From NCBI GenBank assembly GCA_001600815.1, contig BCKZ01000001.1, positions 1,583,389-1,647,388 of the forward strand: DNA of 64,000 nucleotides, in the 5' to 3' direction. Positions 10,611 through 21,766 of this stretch are shown here, piece by piece; within the stretch, counting starts at the first letter, position 1; the number at the start of each line of letters is the position of its first letter. Below the pieces are notes generated by a model. That model saw only the letters and a program-made list of their open reading frames with translations. It was not told the origin of the DNA and searched no databases. Both the position numbers and the translations under genes were made by a program. The DNA comes from Alloascoidea hylecoeti (taxonomy: Eukaryota).

Positions 10611-11966
10611 ATGAAATTAAGCACAACATACCTGATATTTGGGTTCATATCATTAGTACACTCTATAGATCTGGATATCACTGATGTAAGTTCAATTACT
10701 AAAGCAACGTCTATAATTCAAGATGGTCTTTTAAATTACTATATGGGCACTAAATACGGTGGAACCGTTGGTATGTTTTCTGATCCTTATTACTGGTGGG
10801 AAGCAGGAGCAGCTTTCGGCGGTATGATTGATAACTGGTATTTAACAAAAAATGATACTTATGAAGATTTATTAATGGAAGCTCTTCTTCACCAAACTGG
10901 TGATAATAATGATTATATTCCTGACAACCAAACGTATACTGAAGGAAACGATGATCAAGGATTTTGGGGGGTCTTGGCAATAGCTGCAGTTGAACGAAAT
11001 TTCACAAATCCGCCTTCTGATGAACCACAATGGCTATATTTGGCTCAAGCTGTTTATAATACAATGGCGGCAAGATGGGATGATGAATATTGTGGTGGTG
11101 GTTTAAGGTGGCAGATATTTACTTGGAATTCTGGTTATAATTATAAAAATACAATCGCAAATGGTTGTCTTTTCAATATAGCTGCAAGATTAGCAAGGTA
11201 TACTGGTAATGATACTTATGCGGAAACTGCAGAAAAAGTCTGGGATTGGATAACTAGTGTTGGTTATATTACTGAGGATTATGTTGTTTATGATGGTGCA
11301 AATATCGAAGAAAACTGTACGGATACTGTTGAATATCGATGGAGTTATAATTATGGAATGTATCTTTCTGCTTGTGCTTTTATGTATAATTACACTGAAG
11401 ATTCAAAATGGTTAACAAGAGTTGAAGGAATTCTAAATGCAACATCTGTTTTTTTCAAAGATAATATAATGTATGAAATTACTTGTCAAAGTGCTAACAC
11501 TTGTAATAATGATCAAAGAACCTTTAAAGCTATATTTTCAAGATTTTTAGGTCTAACAGCAACTATGGCTCCAACAACAAATTCAACAATATTTCCATTA
11601 TTTGAAACATCAGCAAAAGCAGCTGCTGCAACATGTACTGGTGGTAGTGATGGTGTTACTTGTGGACTTGATTGGACCAATGATACTTGGGATGGCTATT
11701 ATGGTTTAGGTGAACAAATGAGTGCTCTGGAAGTGATTCAACAACTATTAATAGGTGTGAATGATCCCCCATATTCCGCAAATACTGGTGGATCATCTAA
11801 TGGTTCAACTGAAGCTGGAGTTGAGTCAGGTACTGGCGTAAAGGGATCCAGTAAATTAAAAGATTATGGGGTTGATGTTTCTTCTAAAGATAAAGTACTA
11901 GCATCATTGTTGACTGGTTCTATGCTACTGATATGGTTTGTAATTGTAGGGTGGATGATATTTTAA
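10611..11966 (+). CDS. GH76 GPI-anchored alpha-1,6-mannanase/transglycosylase, Dfg5/Dcw1 family
   Basis: Signal peptide, YYWWEAG, TEGNDDQGFW, CGGGLRWQIF, YKNTIANG, NNDQRTFK, GLGEQMSALE and a hydrophobic C-terminus. DFG5 versus DCW1 cannot be resolved by eye. Confidence 0.93.
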   Translation: MKLSTTYLIFGFISLVHSIDLDITDVSSITKATSIIQDGLLNYYMGTKYGGTVGMFSDPYYWWEAGAAFGGMIDNWYLTKNDTYEDLLMEALLHQTGDNNDYIPDNQTYTEGNDDQGFWGVLAIAAVERNFTNPPSDEPQWLYLAQAVYNTMAARWDDEYCGGGLRWQIFTWNSGYNYKNTIANGCLFNIAARLARYTGNDTYAETAEKVWDWITSVGYITEDYVVYDGANIEENCTDTVEYRWSYNYGMYLSACAFMYNYTEDSKWLTRVEGILNATSVFFKDNIMYEITCQSANTCNNDQRTFKAIFSRFLGLTATMAPTTNSTIFPLFETSAKAAAATCTGGSDGVTCGLDWTNDTWDGYYGLGEQMSALEVIQQLLIGVNDPPYSANTGGSSNGSTEAGVESGTGVKGSSKLKDYGVDVSSKDKVLASLLTGSMLLIWFVIVGWMIF

Positions 11967-13006
11967 TCATAATATACCCAACTAGAATAATTATTTATAA
12001 TAATAATGATAAAAGATACCATTTCTTAGTTATCTAGATCTAGCTAGGAGTTCTAGGAACTTATAAAGAAATCAAAATTGGGATATAATAGTTATTTATG
12101 ACTTTAGGTTTTTGGAATCATATATTATGTTTTAAGCTTGAAATTTTCCGGGAGGTGAAACACAAACTTGTATATATATATGATGTTTATATTTAAGCTT
12201 AGATTAAATACAACTCAACAGTTATACACTTGAATTCCTCAATTCTTTTAGCTTTGTACTTCGGCCATAATCTGTACCATATATATGAAAGTTTCGTTCT
12301 CTTTCGAAATCTCCTTTAATACTATATTCATTAATATTCCTTCATTAGCTTATTTTTTTAATGTTAACAGGTGACTACTGAGCGGTTAGCAATATTTGAG
12401 CAACATCAACTAAGAAAATCTCGACATATTTTATCTAGATATATATCAAGCTTAAGTATTAATGAGCAATCAGATACTAGTGGACTTTCCAATTACCAAA
12501 ATCGTATTTAGTTGAATCCCACTCAGATTGGGATATAACAAAGATTCACTATCTTATGATCATTTATGGTAAGCCGATATACCCGTTTCGAGTCAGTTTG
12601 TATCATACTTGGTCTTGATTATACATATTTCAATAATACTGCATAAGATGGAGGTGAATTATTTTTCTATTTTAATTAGTTAATATTTTCAAACGATTAC
12701 CAACAACTGGTATTATATTGAGCAGCTCTGTAGAAACAGTATCATCAGAATCATTGACTGAAAAATGGATATCCTAAGCTTCTGCTTTGGTGTGGCAGAA
12801 GAATGAGCCTAAACACTCCGGTATAGAGCATATTTCGTTTGTTTGATCAATAGTATAGTCTATGGGATATTATATATAATATTTCGACAATATTAATATG
12901 GATGGATGTTCCTTCAAAAATCCTAAATTAGTGGTTAAGCCATTTCGTAGCCACACACAGAATTATAAACTGACACCTCCGTATTCACTCCACTTCACAT
13001 CTCATA

Positions 13007-15922
13007 ATGATTAAACTGCAGGTGCTACTCATCCCAAATCATCATCACGAGGATTTAATTAACACGTCATTTCCTACTGGTCGCGGAACGGTCTGTTATG
13101 ATGAGTCCCCATCGTTCCGCCCGCAACCAATGAAACTTCTACATTTAACAAATCCGTCATTGACAATGCTTCAACTCTGTGAAGATATATCAGTGAGATT
13201 ATCAAAGTATGCCATTTCCTTTAATCGACTATATATATATATAAGAATATAAACTCATAACAGTCCTTTTCTTCTTCTTTATTCTAGGAGTTTAAATATA
13301 ACGAGACTTCAAGATGATTCTGGTCGCGACTTAGATCCTTATATCACCGTCAATGAAGTATATGATATTGATTATAGTATAGTGAAAATAATACTACGGA
13401 ATAATCCATTTGAAAACAATTCCTCTAATAAATGGGGGACTAATGACAAAAATACTCCAGATAAAATGGAAACATCAAATTTAAATGCAATTTACAGATA
13501 TTCAGAGATAACGAATTCAAATAATTATAGAATTCAGAATGGTTTAATATCTCAAAAATCTCGAAATCGAAATCCACATCGGAATAGTATTTCGAAATCA
13601 CCATCTTATACTATTATAAGTAATGTTTCAAGATCATCACCTTATAGAAGAATTACTAAAAATCCAGAACAATTGAGAAGAATACCATTAATACATTCAC
13701 CCCCCAGAAAAATTAAAAATGGTAATAGATTTACAACTAATAATGAAAATTCTGGAAGTAAGCTTAATCCAATACAAATAAGGATTAATGGTTCTGAAAC
13801 TTCTGATGATATAACAGAGAAAATTACTTTAAACCATGATAACGATCAATCTATAATAATAACATCTGATGATTTTACACAAACAATAAGCAATGATATC
13901 CAATCTATACCTATATCGATTAGTCATGACACTAACAAAAGTCAGTCTAAAGTTAATCTAATAGAAACTTCTACTCAAACAAATGAAATCACCTTAATCC
14001 CAAAGAAGAATGCAATTATTCAAACAACAGAGATAACACCTGTTGTATTATTTGATACTTATACCCAAATGACTTCTCGAATCTCTAATACTGATCAGGA
14101 AAAGTCTGAAAATCAAAACTGTATTTTAACAATAGATGCTATTGTTCAAACTTATGAAGATGAAGAATCGAATGTTGAAATGGAAAATCGAAACATCTTA
14201 AAACTATCCGTGAATAATTCAATTAAAAATAATAAATTAATGACTATTGGGGATCAAACACAAAATCCTTCTGCTTTATCAATTACATTTAAATCTAGTA
14301 ATGATTCAACTACTTTAAATAAAGAATTAAACCAATTAAAATATGATGATTGTGATATAGTTAAAGCATTTAACATTTCTGGTTCAGATACAGATAACAT
14401 TCTAAATAATTGGGAATTGATTGGTATAGGAGATGAATTATTAAGGATTAAAAAAGGTCCATATGAAGCAATATTAATGCTTTCAAATAAACCTCAAGAT
14501 GTGGATATAGAAAATCAAAATCAAATTAATAATAATGCTATTGATAAAATTGAAAAAACATTTATTGGAAAAGAAAAAGATATTGAGCCAAGTAAACAAT
14601 CGTCAAATTTAAAGGAACTTAAACATTTTAATTCTACCCCACTACCATTTCCAGATGTACCGGATTCTGAATTAAATTCTATATCTTCATCTTCAAAAAG
14701 AAATTTAGAAACTCAATTTAAATCAATAGATAATTCCAATAATTGTAAAAGACGCTCATCATTACCAGCAACAAATAAATCGCAAATGTCATTAGAAGAA
14801 TTAGAAATATATGCAAAAGAATATAATTATAGAATGTCACAATTTTTACCAAAACCATATTATTCAAAATCGAAATTGAAATCATTACAAGAAAAAAATA
14901 TAAGTTTTGAAGGATCTAAAGATCAAAATGATAAAAACCAACAAGATGAGATGTCGATAATAAATTTTGAAAAGGTAAAGGAAAAGGAGAAAGAACAGAA
15001 AATACATGATGATGAATATAAAAAGGGAAAGAAAAGAATAGTTGAGTCAACCCAAACCAGAATAGAAAGAGAAAGATTATCAAAAAGTAAAGAAAGTTCA
15101 ACAAATAATAAATCAGAATCTTTGGTTGCAATGTTATTATCAAATGAAAAATCAAGTGATACTGTATTGGAAAGTGAAATTGAAAATGAAAAAGGTAAGT
15201 GGTTAAGCTTTCAACTAGTCACAGACGTAGATGTGGTTACAGATAACGATATAGATTCAGAAAATCCAAGATCGATTAAAACGAACGTCATATCCAAAAC
15301 TCCAGAAGTTGATCTTGAAAATGGAAATGAAAATGAAAATGACAAGAGGTTAAGCTTTCAGCTAAATACAGACGAGATAATTACAGATAACAGTAAAGAA
15401 TCAGAAAATCCAAAACCATTTGAGACAAACATCATACCCAAAACTCAAGAAGTTGATAATGAAAAACCAATAAATAAAGGGCCAAACTTTTCTACTGATA
15501 AAAAAATACCAACAGAAAAAGGAAAAAATATCAATAGTCCTAAAAAGCCTAAGAATTCTGTATCCGCTTCTAAATCTAGAAAGAATTCGTATTCAATATA
15601 CACTAGCAAAGCTTTTCCTCGTATACGTAAACTTCACAATGGGGGGAAACAAACAGATTTATCATTTCCAAATCTAATAATTGATAGCGATTTAACTACA
15701 ACGACTATCAAGAAACAAGAAGGAAACAAGAAACAAGAAGGAAACAAGAAACCATTACAATTTGTCGAAAGCTCACTCACACAACAGAGAAAAAGAAAAT
15801 TGCAAATAGAATTAGATAAGTTGAATGTTGATATGATTGATAACCCTCTTCGTTTCAAAAAACGAAAGTCTTCGGTTTCAAGTAAATCTGAAGAGTTTGA
15901 GAAAGGAAAATATGTGATATAA
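13007..15922 (+). CDS. Net1/Tof2/Dnt1-like nucleolar Cdc14-binding protein; exon 13007-13206, intron 13207-13287 (alternative acceptor 13263), exon to 15922
   Basis: Joining the 81-aa and 846-aa ORFs across GTATGC...TAG gives MIKLQVLLIP...KLLHLTNPSLTMLQLCEDI...ITRLQDDSGRDLDPYITVNEVYD...IVKIILRN, which parallels the Net1 N-terminal domain. The remainder is low-complexity. Confidence 0.75.
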
Positions 15923-17510
15923 ACTAATTGCAAATGATGAATGACAAATACTATATTGCTATTATCTACAATAATCAAGAATAAATGTGAATGCTGTATA
16001 TATACCGGTATATGGTTAGCTAATGATGAATAAATTACTCAAGCTGTATGTTTATATTTTATGTTTATATACAGCATGAATATGAAAATTATTAATATAC
16101 TAATAACATTATAAGACACCATTAATTAGCTAGTGGCAGGTATGGAATTATCTTTATCAATAGTAAGATATCCCTCATGTTTATACGGTAAGTGGGCTTA
16201 TTCGTGAATTAGATAGTTAGCTAAAAATCTAAGATTATTTAGCTATTCTATTAATATTAGTATCGCAAGGAAGAAAATAGAGAACTAATGAACGGTCAAT
16301 ATGTTGATTTAAATTCTAGCTAGCAACTTTTCAGTCAGGATATTAGCTGATAACTAACTATTGGGCACGTGATGGACTATAAAATATATGCACATACCCC
16401 TAGTTCTTGAACAAAATACTTTATTTCCTCTCTAAATTTGGCTTGATTAGGGAAGGCACTGTATCTTCAGTGTATTAAGTTGATATGTGAGTGTTTTTTG
16501 GCCCAAGGTAGACTGAAAAGTTCGGTGTCAGGGTGGTATAATCTTTTGTTTGAGTTACAGTTTAGGTGATTTGTTAGGTTACGCGGAAAAATATTAATTC
16601 GCCGATTACTAATATATAATGTATAATCCCACTTATCTGCTAGGATTAACGCCAAATAGCAGCCCACACGTGTCACACTAATGCTATAGCTATATTTAGT
16701 CCACTATATGGCTCAAATCAAGTAGAATACCTTTATGTTATGTTAATGGTCTCTATATATGGTAAAGTTAAAATAGATTCATAATTATATAAGGTAGTAG
16801 AAGCCTAAATCAATATTGAGTATTACTGACACTGACAGTAAGTTATAATTAAGTAATTACAGAATTTACAGTTGAGTCCTGCATGCTGTATTAATATTAG
16901 AGCTCCTAACAATATATCAATGCAATTGGTATTGCAATTGACCATGGATATCAATATAAAGGTATATTGGCACAGTATACCTAAAGGACCTTAACTTGGG
17001 TCAGTAGTTTAGACTATACATTAAAAAAAAATAAAAGGACATAAAAGTTATTGAACTAGAAAGCTATAGCGCTAAGCAATAGCCGTTTACGAATATATCA
17101 CAACGTTAACAGTAATATCTGGGATCCCATACACCCGACATAAATATAACGAGTTAATTGCATACAAGTTGTAACGTTAACTTGTTAGTTGGTAACTAGT
17201 GAACACGTTAGTTTAGAGTCTTTAGACCAGTAATCATACAAATCTAGAACAGCCAATAAGAATACTTATAATAACTAGAATTATGACATGATGATACGGC
17301 TTATTGTATCCCAAAAATCGATCCAGTTATAATTAGCACTAAATTACAACATAATAACAAACTTCAGTGAAAAATATGGGGAAAGACGATTTTAAATATA
17401 CAATATATATAAATATATATATTTTATTTAACATTTATAATGTAACAATGTGATTATAACTCTATATACTATTTTTAAATTTTAAATAAATTATTTTGTA
17501 CATTGATAAT

Positions 17511-18524
17511 CTAAGCCCAACCTAATTTAACAAATTCTGCTTTTAAAGCGGATCCTAATCTAGCAGGGGAAGGTTCGACAATAACACCAGCTGATGTTAA
17601 AGCAGCAATCTTCGATTTAGCATCACCTTTACCACCAGCAACAATAGCACCAGCGTGACCCATTCTTCTACCAGGTGGAGCGGAAATACCAGCAATAAAA
17701 GAACACACTGGTTTGGGCACCTTCCTTGTTAAGTTATATTCTTTTAAGAAATCAGCAGCATCTTCTTCAGCTGTACCACCGATCTCACCAATCATAATGA
17801 TACCTTCAGTTGCATCATCTTGTAAAAATAATGTTAAAGCATCAATGAAATTTGTACCTGGGAAAGGATCACCACCCATTCCAATAACTAAAGTTTGACC
17901 TAAACCAACTTGCGTTGTTTGAGCAACGGCTTCATAAGTTAAAGTACCAGATCTTGAAACGACACCAATTCTACCACGTTTATGAATACTGGAAGGCATG
18001 ATACCAATTTTACATTGTTCGGGAGCAATAAGACCCGGACAATTAGGACCAACCAGTCTAGTTTTTGATTGTGATTTAAGCATATCCGTAATACGTAGCA
18101 TATCATGTTGAGGAATACCTTCAGTGATACAGACAGCTAAAGGAATTTCAGCTGCAATAGCCTCCTCAATTGATTTAGCGGCAATTGAAGGAGGGACGAA
18201 GATACCAGTAGCAGTTGCACCAGTTTCCTTGACGGCTTCGGCGACGGTAGCAAAGACAGGTAGATCCAAATGAGTTGTCCCTGCTTTCTTTGGGTTAGTA
18301 CCACCAACGATCTTGGTGCCATACTCCAAAGCCTGGGTAGCATGGAAAGTAGCTTGTTTACCGGTGAAACCTTGGAAGATAACCTTTGTATCGGAGGTGA
18401 CAGCTAAATTCTTGATTGTGTCTGCGTATGAGGCCCTGGCAGCGGAGGAGCTGAACAAACGGGCAGACTTGGCGACAGACTTAACAGCAGATTTGGCGAT
18501 GTTTCCGGAAAGAGCAAGGGACAT
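17511..18524 (-). CDS. LSC1: Succinyl-CoA ligase alpha subunit, mitochondrial
   Basis: [39 protein letters not shown] (phospho-His); N-terminal presequence. Confidence 0.97.
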   Translation of the reverse strand: MSLALSGNIAKSAVKSVAKSARLFSSSAARASYADTIKNLAVTSDTKVIFQGFTGKQATFHATQALEYGTKIVGGTNPKKAGTTHLDLPVFATVAEAVKETGATATGIFVPPSIAAKSIEEAIAAEIPLAVCITEGIPQHDMLRITDMLKSQSKTRLVGPNCPGLIAPEQCKIGIMPSSIHKRGRIGVVSRSGTLTYEAVAQTTQVGLGQTLVIGMGGDPFPGTNFIDALTLFLQDDATEGIIMIGEIGGTAEEDAADFLKEYNLTRKVPKPVCSFIAGISAPPGRRMGHAGAIVAGGKGDAKSKIAALTSAGVIVEPSPARLGSALKAEFVKLGWA

Positions 18525-18605
18525 TTGGAAGAAGACGATGGAGAGATCTGGAAAAGAAACAGAAATGCGGATTTTGGAGGATTATAAGAGCGTAGAACAA
18601 GGGGG

Positions 18606-18612
18606 TCACGTG
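18606..18612. promoter_or_regulatory. TCACGTG E-box (Cbf1-type bHLH site) in the LSC1/BRL1 divergent promoter
   Basis: gtcacgtg seen. The same core recurs in two other divergent promoters (36541, 59831). Function is inferred. Confidence 0.45.
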
Positions 18613-18768
18613 GGTCGCTCCTTGCTGCCGGAAACCAGGAGACAAGGAGCAAAAGGGTGGACGGGTTATGTAAGCGATGATCCTTATGTAATCGTGTGAT
18701 AAGCAGGTGGACGGAGGAAACTCCCATTTCTCTGTTTGTGTCTGTTTGTGTTTGGAGTCCTCATAGCC

Positions 18769-20805
18769 ATGTCCCTGTCCACCAGAGCCATCAAAAGTCT
18801 CTCGATACGTGACGATGATAATGACGACGACGATGGTTTATCCTCATTTCGTTTCGACATAAGCACCACCATGAATAAATTATATCTCTCAGAAAATGTA
18901 GAAGTGGAGGAAGTAGACGAAGAAGAGTATCACTTTGGTCTTCAAAATAATTTAATTAATTTATCTGTTAGAGACAAAAATGATACTGACATGGATATTG
19001 ATACTGAAGAAGATACGACAAATGAATCATTTAACCGATTAAACATCTTTTCTCCAGTTCAAATAGCAAATGATAATAATAATTCGGTTTTAGATTTTAA
19101 TGATAATAGTTTTATACAAAGTACCCCAACTAATACTAAAAATAAAAAGACTCATGATTCACTATGGAAAAAATTAACAAAATCAAAAGAGATCCAATTG
19201 CAACAACAAATTTTAAATGATTCTGATTCTGATATTGAAATGTCTGAGCCAATATCAATAGATGATGATGATAATGTTGTTTCTAATCATCCAGTTATAG
19301 ATATTAATGATGAAGACGATAATGAATCTAAAATCCCCAAAACACCACAACATGAACAAACTTTAAAAAATACTGCTGTTCACACTCCAAGTCCATGGAA
19401 TGGAATATTAAAAACTGTATCTGTACCAACTAAAATGGGTGCAAAAGCTGCTATTCAACATTTATACCGTGAAAGATCTATACCTAATAGTCCTCTACTG
19501 ATTGAATTTCAGCCTAATGAAAATGAAAATAAAAGTGATGAGAAAGATCGAATTGATAGTGCTGATCAAAATGATATTGATAATGAAAATACAAATGTTG
19601 AATTAGATGATGAAGAGTTTGAGACAGCAAAAGATATTGATTTAATTGATGATTCTTATATTGAATCTCCAACAAGGAATAAGCATGTTAATAAGAAAAA
19701 TTTTAAATCTTCACATAGATCATTTCCTATAAAATCACCTTTAAAAAATAATTTAAAAATGATAAAATACAACAAAAAAACTCATTCAAAACCGGAAAAA
19801 AATATTGATAATTCAAAACTTCAAAATAATATTGATAATGATTATCAAAATGATTCACAAGATTTTTGGGATCCTGAGGATTCACAGAATTTTTCATTTA
19901 ATGAATTTGAAGAACCTGAATTACCATTACCAACATTTAAGTGGATTTTACAAAATGGTAATTTGCCATACATTATTTATTCATACATTCAATTATTTTT
20001 CAATATTGCAATTGGTTTTGTGATAATCTACATTATTATATCTTCATTGAAAACCTTAAGCAATGATATTTCAAATAAATTAGATTTACAAGCAGATGAA
20101 TTAACAAAAAAATCATTACAATGCTCAAAATATATTGAGCTTAATCAATGTAATAATAATCCAAGGCGATATAATATACCTGAACTTGATTCAAAATGTT
20201 TAGAATGGGAACAATGTGCGATGTTAAATGTTGATTTATCATTAGGTCGAGCTAAAATAACTGCTGAAATTATTGGTAATGTTATAAATAGTTTCTTTGA
20301 ACAATTTACAATCAAAACTTTACTCGTTTTAGGTATTGGTATATTTTTCGGAAGCTTTTCAAGTAACTATATTTTTGGTTTTTTAAGAGCAAGATCTTAT
20401 TATAATCATTTAAATCATCAAAGTCAACAAGATTCAATTAAAGGTAATAAAACTGATGATGATATACATGAAAGTACAAGAACTAGTATAAATCCTTTTA
20501 ATTCATTTATTCAACAAAGTCCTTCTCGTAGTATGATGATGCCGACAATGTCACCATTACCATCAACTCCTTTTCGTTTCAATAATAATAGAGCTTCAAT
20601 GTCGACAGGACGAATAAGGGGCTATAATCATAATAATACACCTAATAATCATGATTTTTTCGATTATGGATTCCCAAGAACTGAAAATAGATATGGACAA
20701 CAGCATTATATGCAAACTAATTATTCACCTTTTATTTCTCCTGTTAGACCACCTCCTAATTTTGGTTATAAATCAATGGGTACAAGGCAACAAAGACATT
20801 ATTAA
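18769..20805 (+). CDS. BRL1: Nuclear envelope protein, Brl1/Brr6 family
   Basis: PYIIYSYIQLFFN TM, C..Y..NQC...P.L...C.EWEQC four-Cys luminal domain, second TM ending FGFLRARSYY. First ATG is 18769 (the ORF track began at TTG 18736). Confidence 0.85.
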   Translation: MSLSTRAIKSLSIRDDDNDDDDGLSSFRFDISTTMNKLYLSENVEVEEVDEEEYHFGLQNNLINLSVRDKNDTDMDIDTEEDTTNESFNRLNIFSPVQIANDNNNSVLDFNDNSFIQSTPTNTKNKKTHDSLWKKLTKSKEIQLQQQILNDSDSDIEMSEPISIDDDDNVVSNHPVIDINDEDDNESKIPKTPQHEQTLKNTAVHTPSPWNGILKTVSVPTKMGAKAAIQHLYRERSIPNSPLLIEFQPNENENKSDEKDRIDSADQNDIDNENTNVELDDEEFETAKDIDLIDDSYIESPTRNKHVNKKNFKSSHRSFPIKSPLKNNLKMIKYNKKTHSKPEKNIDNSKLQNNIDNDYQNDSQDFWDPEDSQNFSFNEFEEPELPLPTFKWILQNGNLPYIIYSYIQLFFNIAIGFVIIYIIISSLKTLSNDISNKLDLQADELTKKSLQCSKYIELNQCNNNPRRYNIPELDSKCLEWEQCAMLNVDLSLGRAKITAEIIGNVINSFFEQFTIKTLLVLGIGIFFGSFSSNYIFGFLRARSYYNHLNHQSQQDSIKGNKTDDDIHESTRTSINPFNSFIQQSPSRSMMMPTMSPLPSTPFRFNNNRASMSTGRIRGYNHNNTPNNHDFFDYGFPRTENRYGQQHYMQTNYSPFISPVRPPPNFGYKSMGTRQQRHY

Positions 20806-21432
20806 TTAAATTTATAAAGAAATATAATTATAGGCATTAGCATTAACAAAAAAATCATTTTTTCGTGCGTACACTCTTAGACGCGTCAAGTCGTATCGTA
20901 TACGAATATCCAGTCCGATTCTTACAGGTGTAGGCTAACTGGTGGTTGCAATTTTACTCTTTTTAGATCTATATTGTATGGAGAATAGTTAATGAATTAA
21001 CTATTATTGCTAGCATATTATTCTTAATATTAAGCCTTCATATTTTATGTTCAATCCTTCAGCTTTCTAATTATAAGACTAATTACAAGACTAATTACAA
21101 AGAGATCCTAGGCATTGGGCTTTTAATAAATAAATTTTTAAAGAGATACTGTATATTGCAGAATCAATTCAGATAAAGCCATCTACCTATATTCATTTTT
21201 CACGTATGTATGTTAACATTGAAATTACATAAAAAGGAGTAACTATAACTATAACTATAACTATAAGGTCAATTATATAATTAAGAAAGAAATAGTCCCA
21301 AATAGTTTCATTACAGAAACAGGTAAATGGAAGAAAACGGTTAAAGTCGCGAGAGGTAAAGGAGATGAGCTAAATCTGGATTGGGTTTATGCAAATGTTG
21401 GTATATGCAAGGTGCATGCAAATAAGGTTAAA

Positions 21433-21526
21433 ACGCGATACTTTAAAGCTTTACAACACATAAAGTTACCCCTTGCAAAATCATATTAAAATCAAATATA
21501 TATATAAATTTATAAATCAAACGCGT
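21433..21526. promoter_or_regulatory. MCB-like elements (ACGCGA 21433, ACGCGT 21521) upstream of AXL2
   Basis: CGCG words are rare in this AT-rich DNA. AXL2 is a G1/S-regulated gene in S. cerevisiae. Confidence 0.45.
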
Positions 21527-21766
21527 ATATACTAAAGAAAAACTCCTCATCTTTATTTCCATTAATATTCTTTCTTTTTATCTTCTTCCCTTTAACATCT
21601 CACTCCTTTGTAAAAAATCTGTCTCGATCGTTTCTAATTTGACGTTTGTGCTGGACTCAAACTCTTATATATATTAACAGATTCATTACCAAAACGTTTA
21701 AAGATATTTCAATCGCAAATTAATTATCCAAGTTTTATCATCCATAGGAATCTTTTTAAATCAACA

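Noticed and set aside
21074..21265. Short tandem repeats (aagactaattac x2; aactat x4)
   Set aside because: Ordinary slippage repeats with no spacer structure; not CRISPR-like or telomeric.
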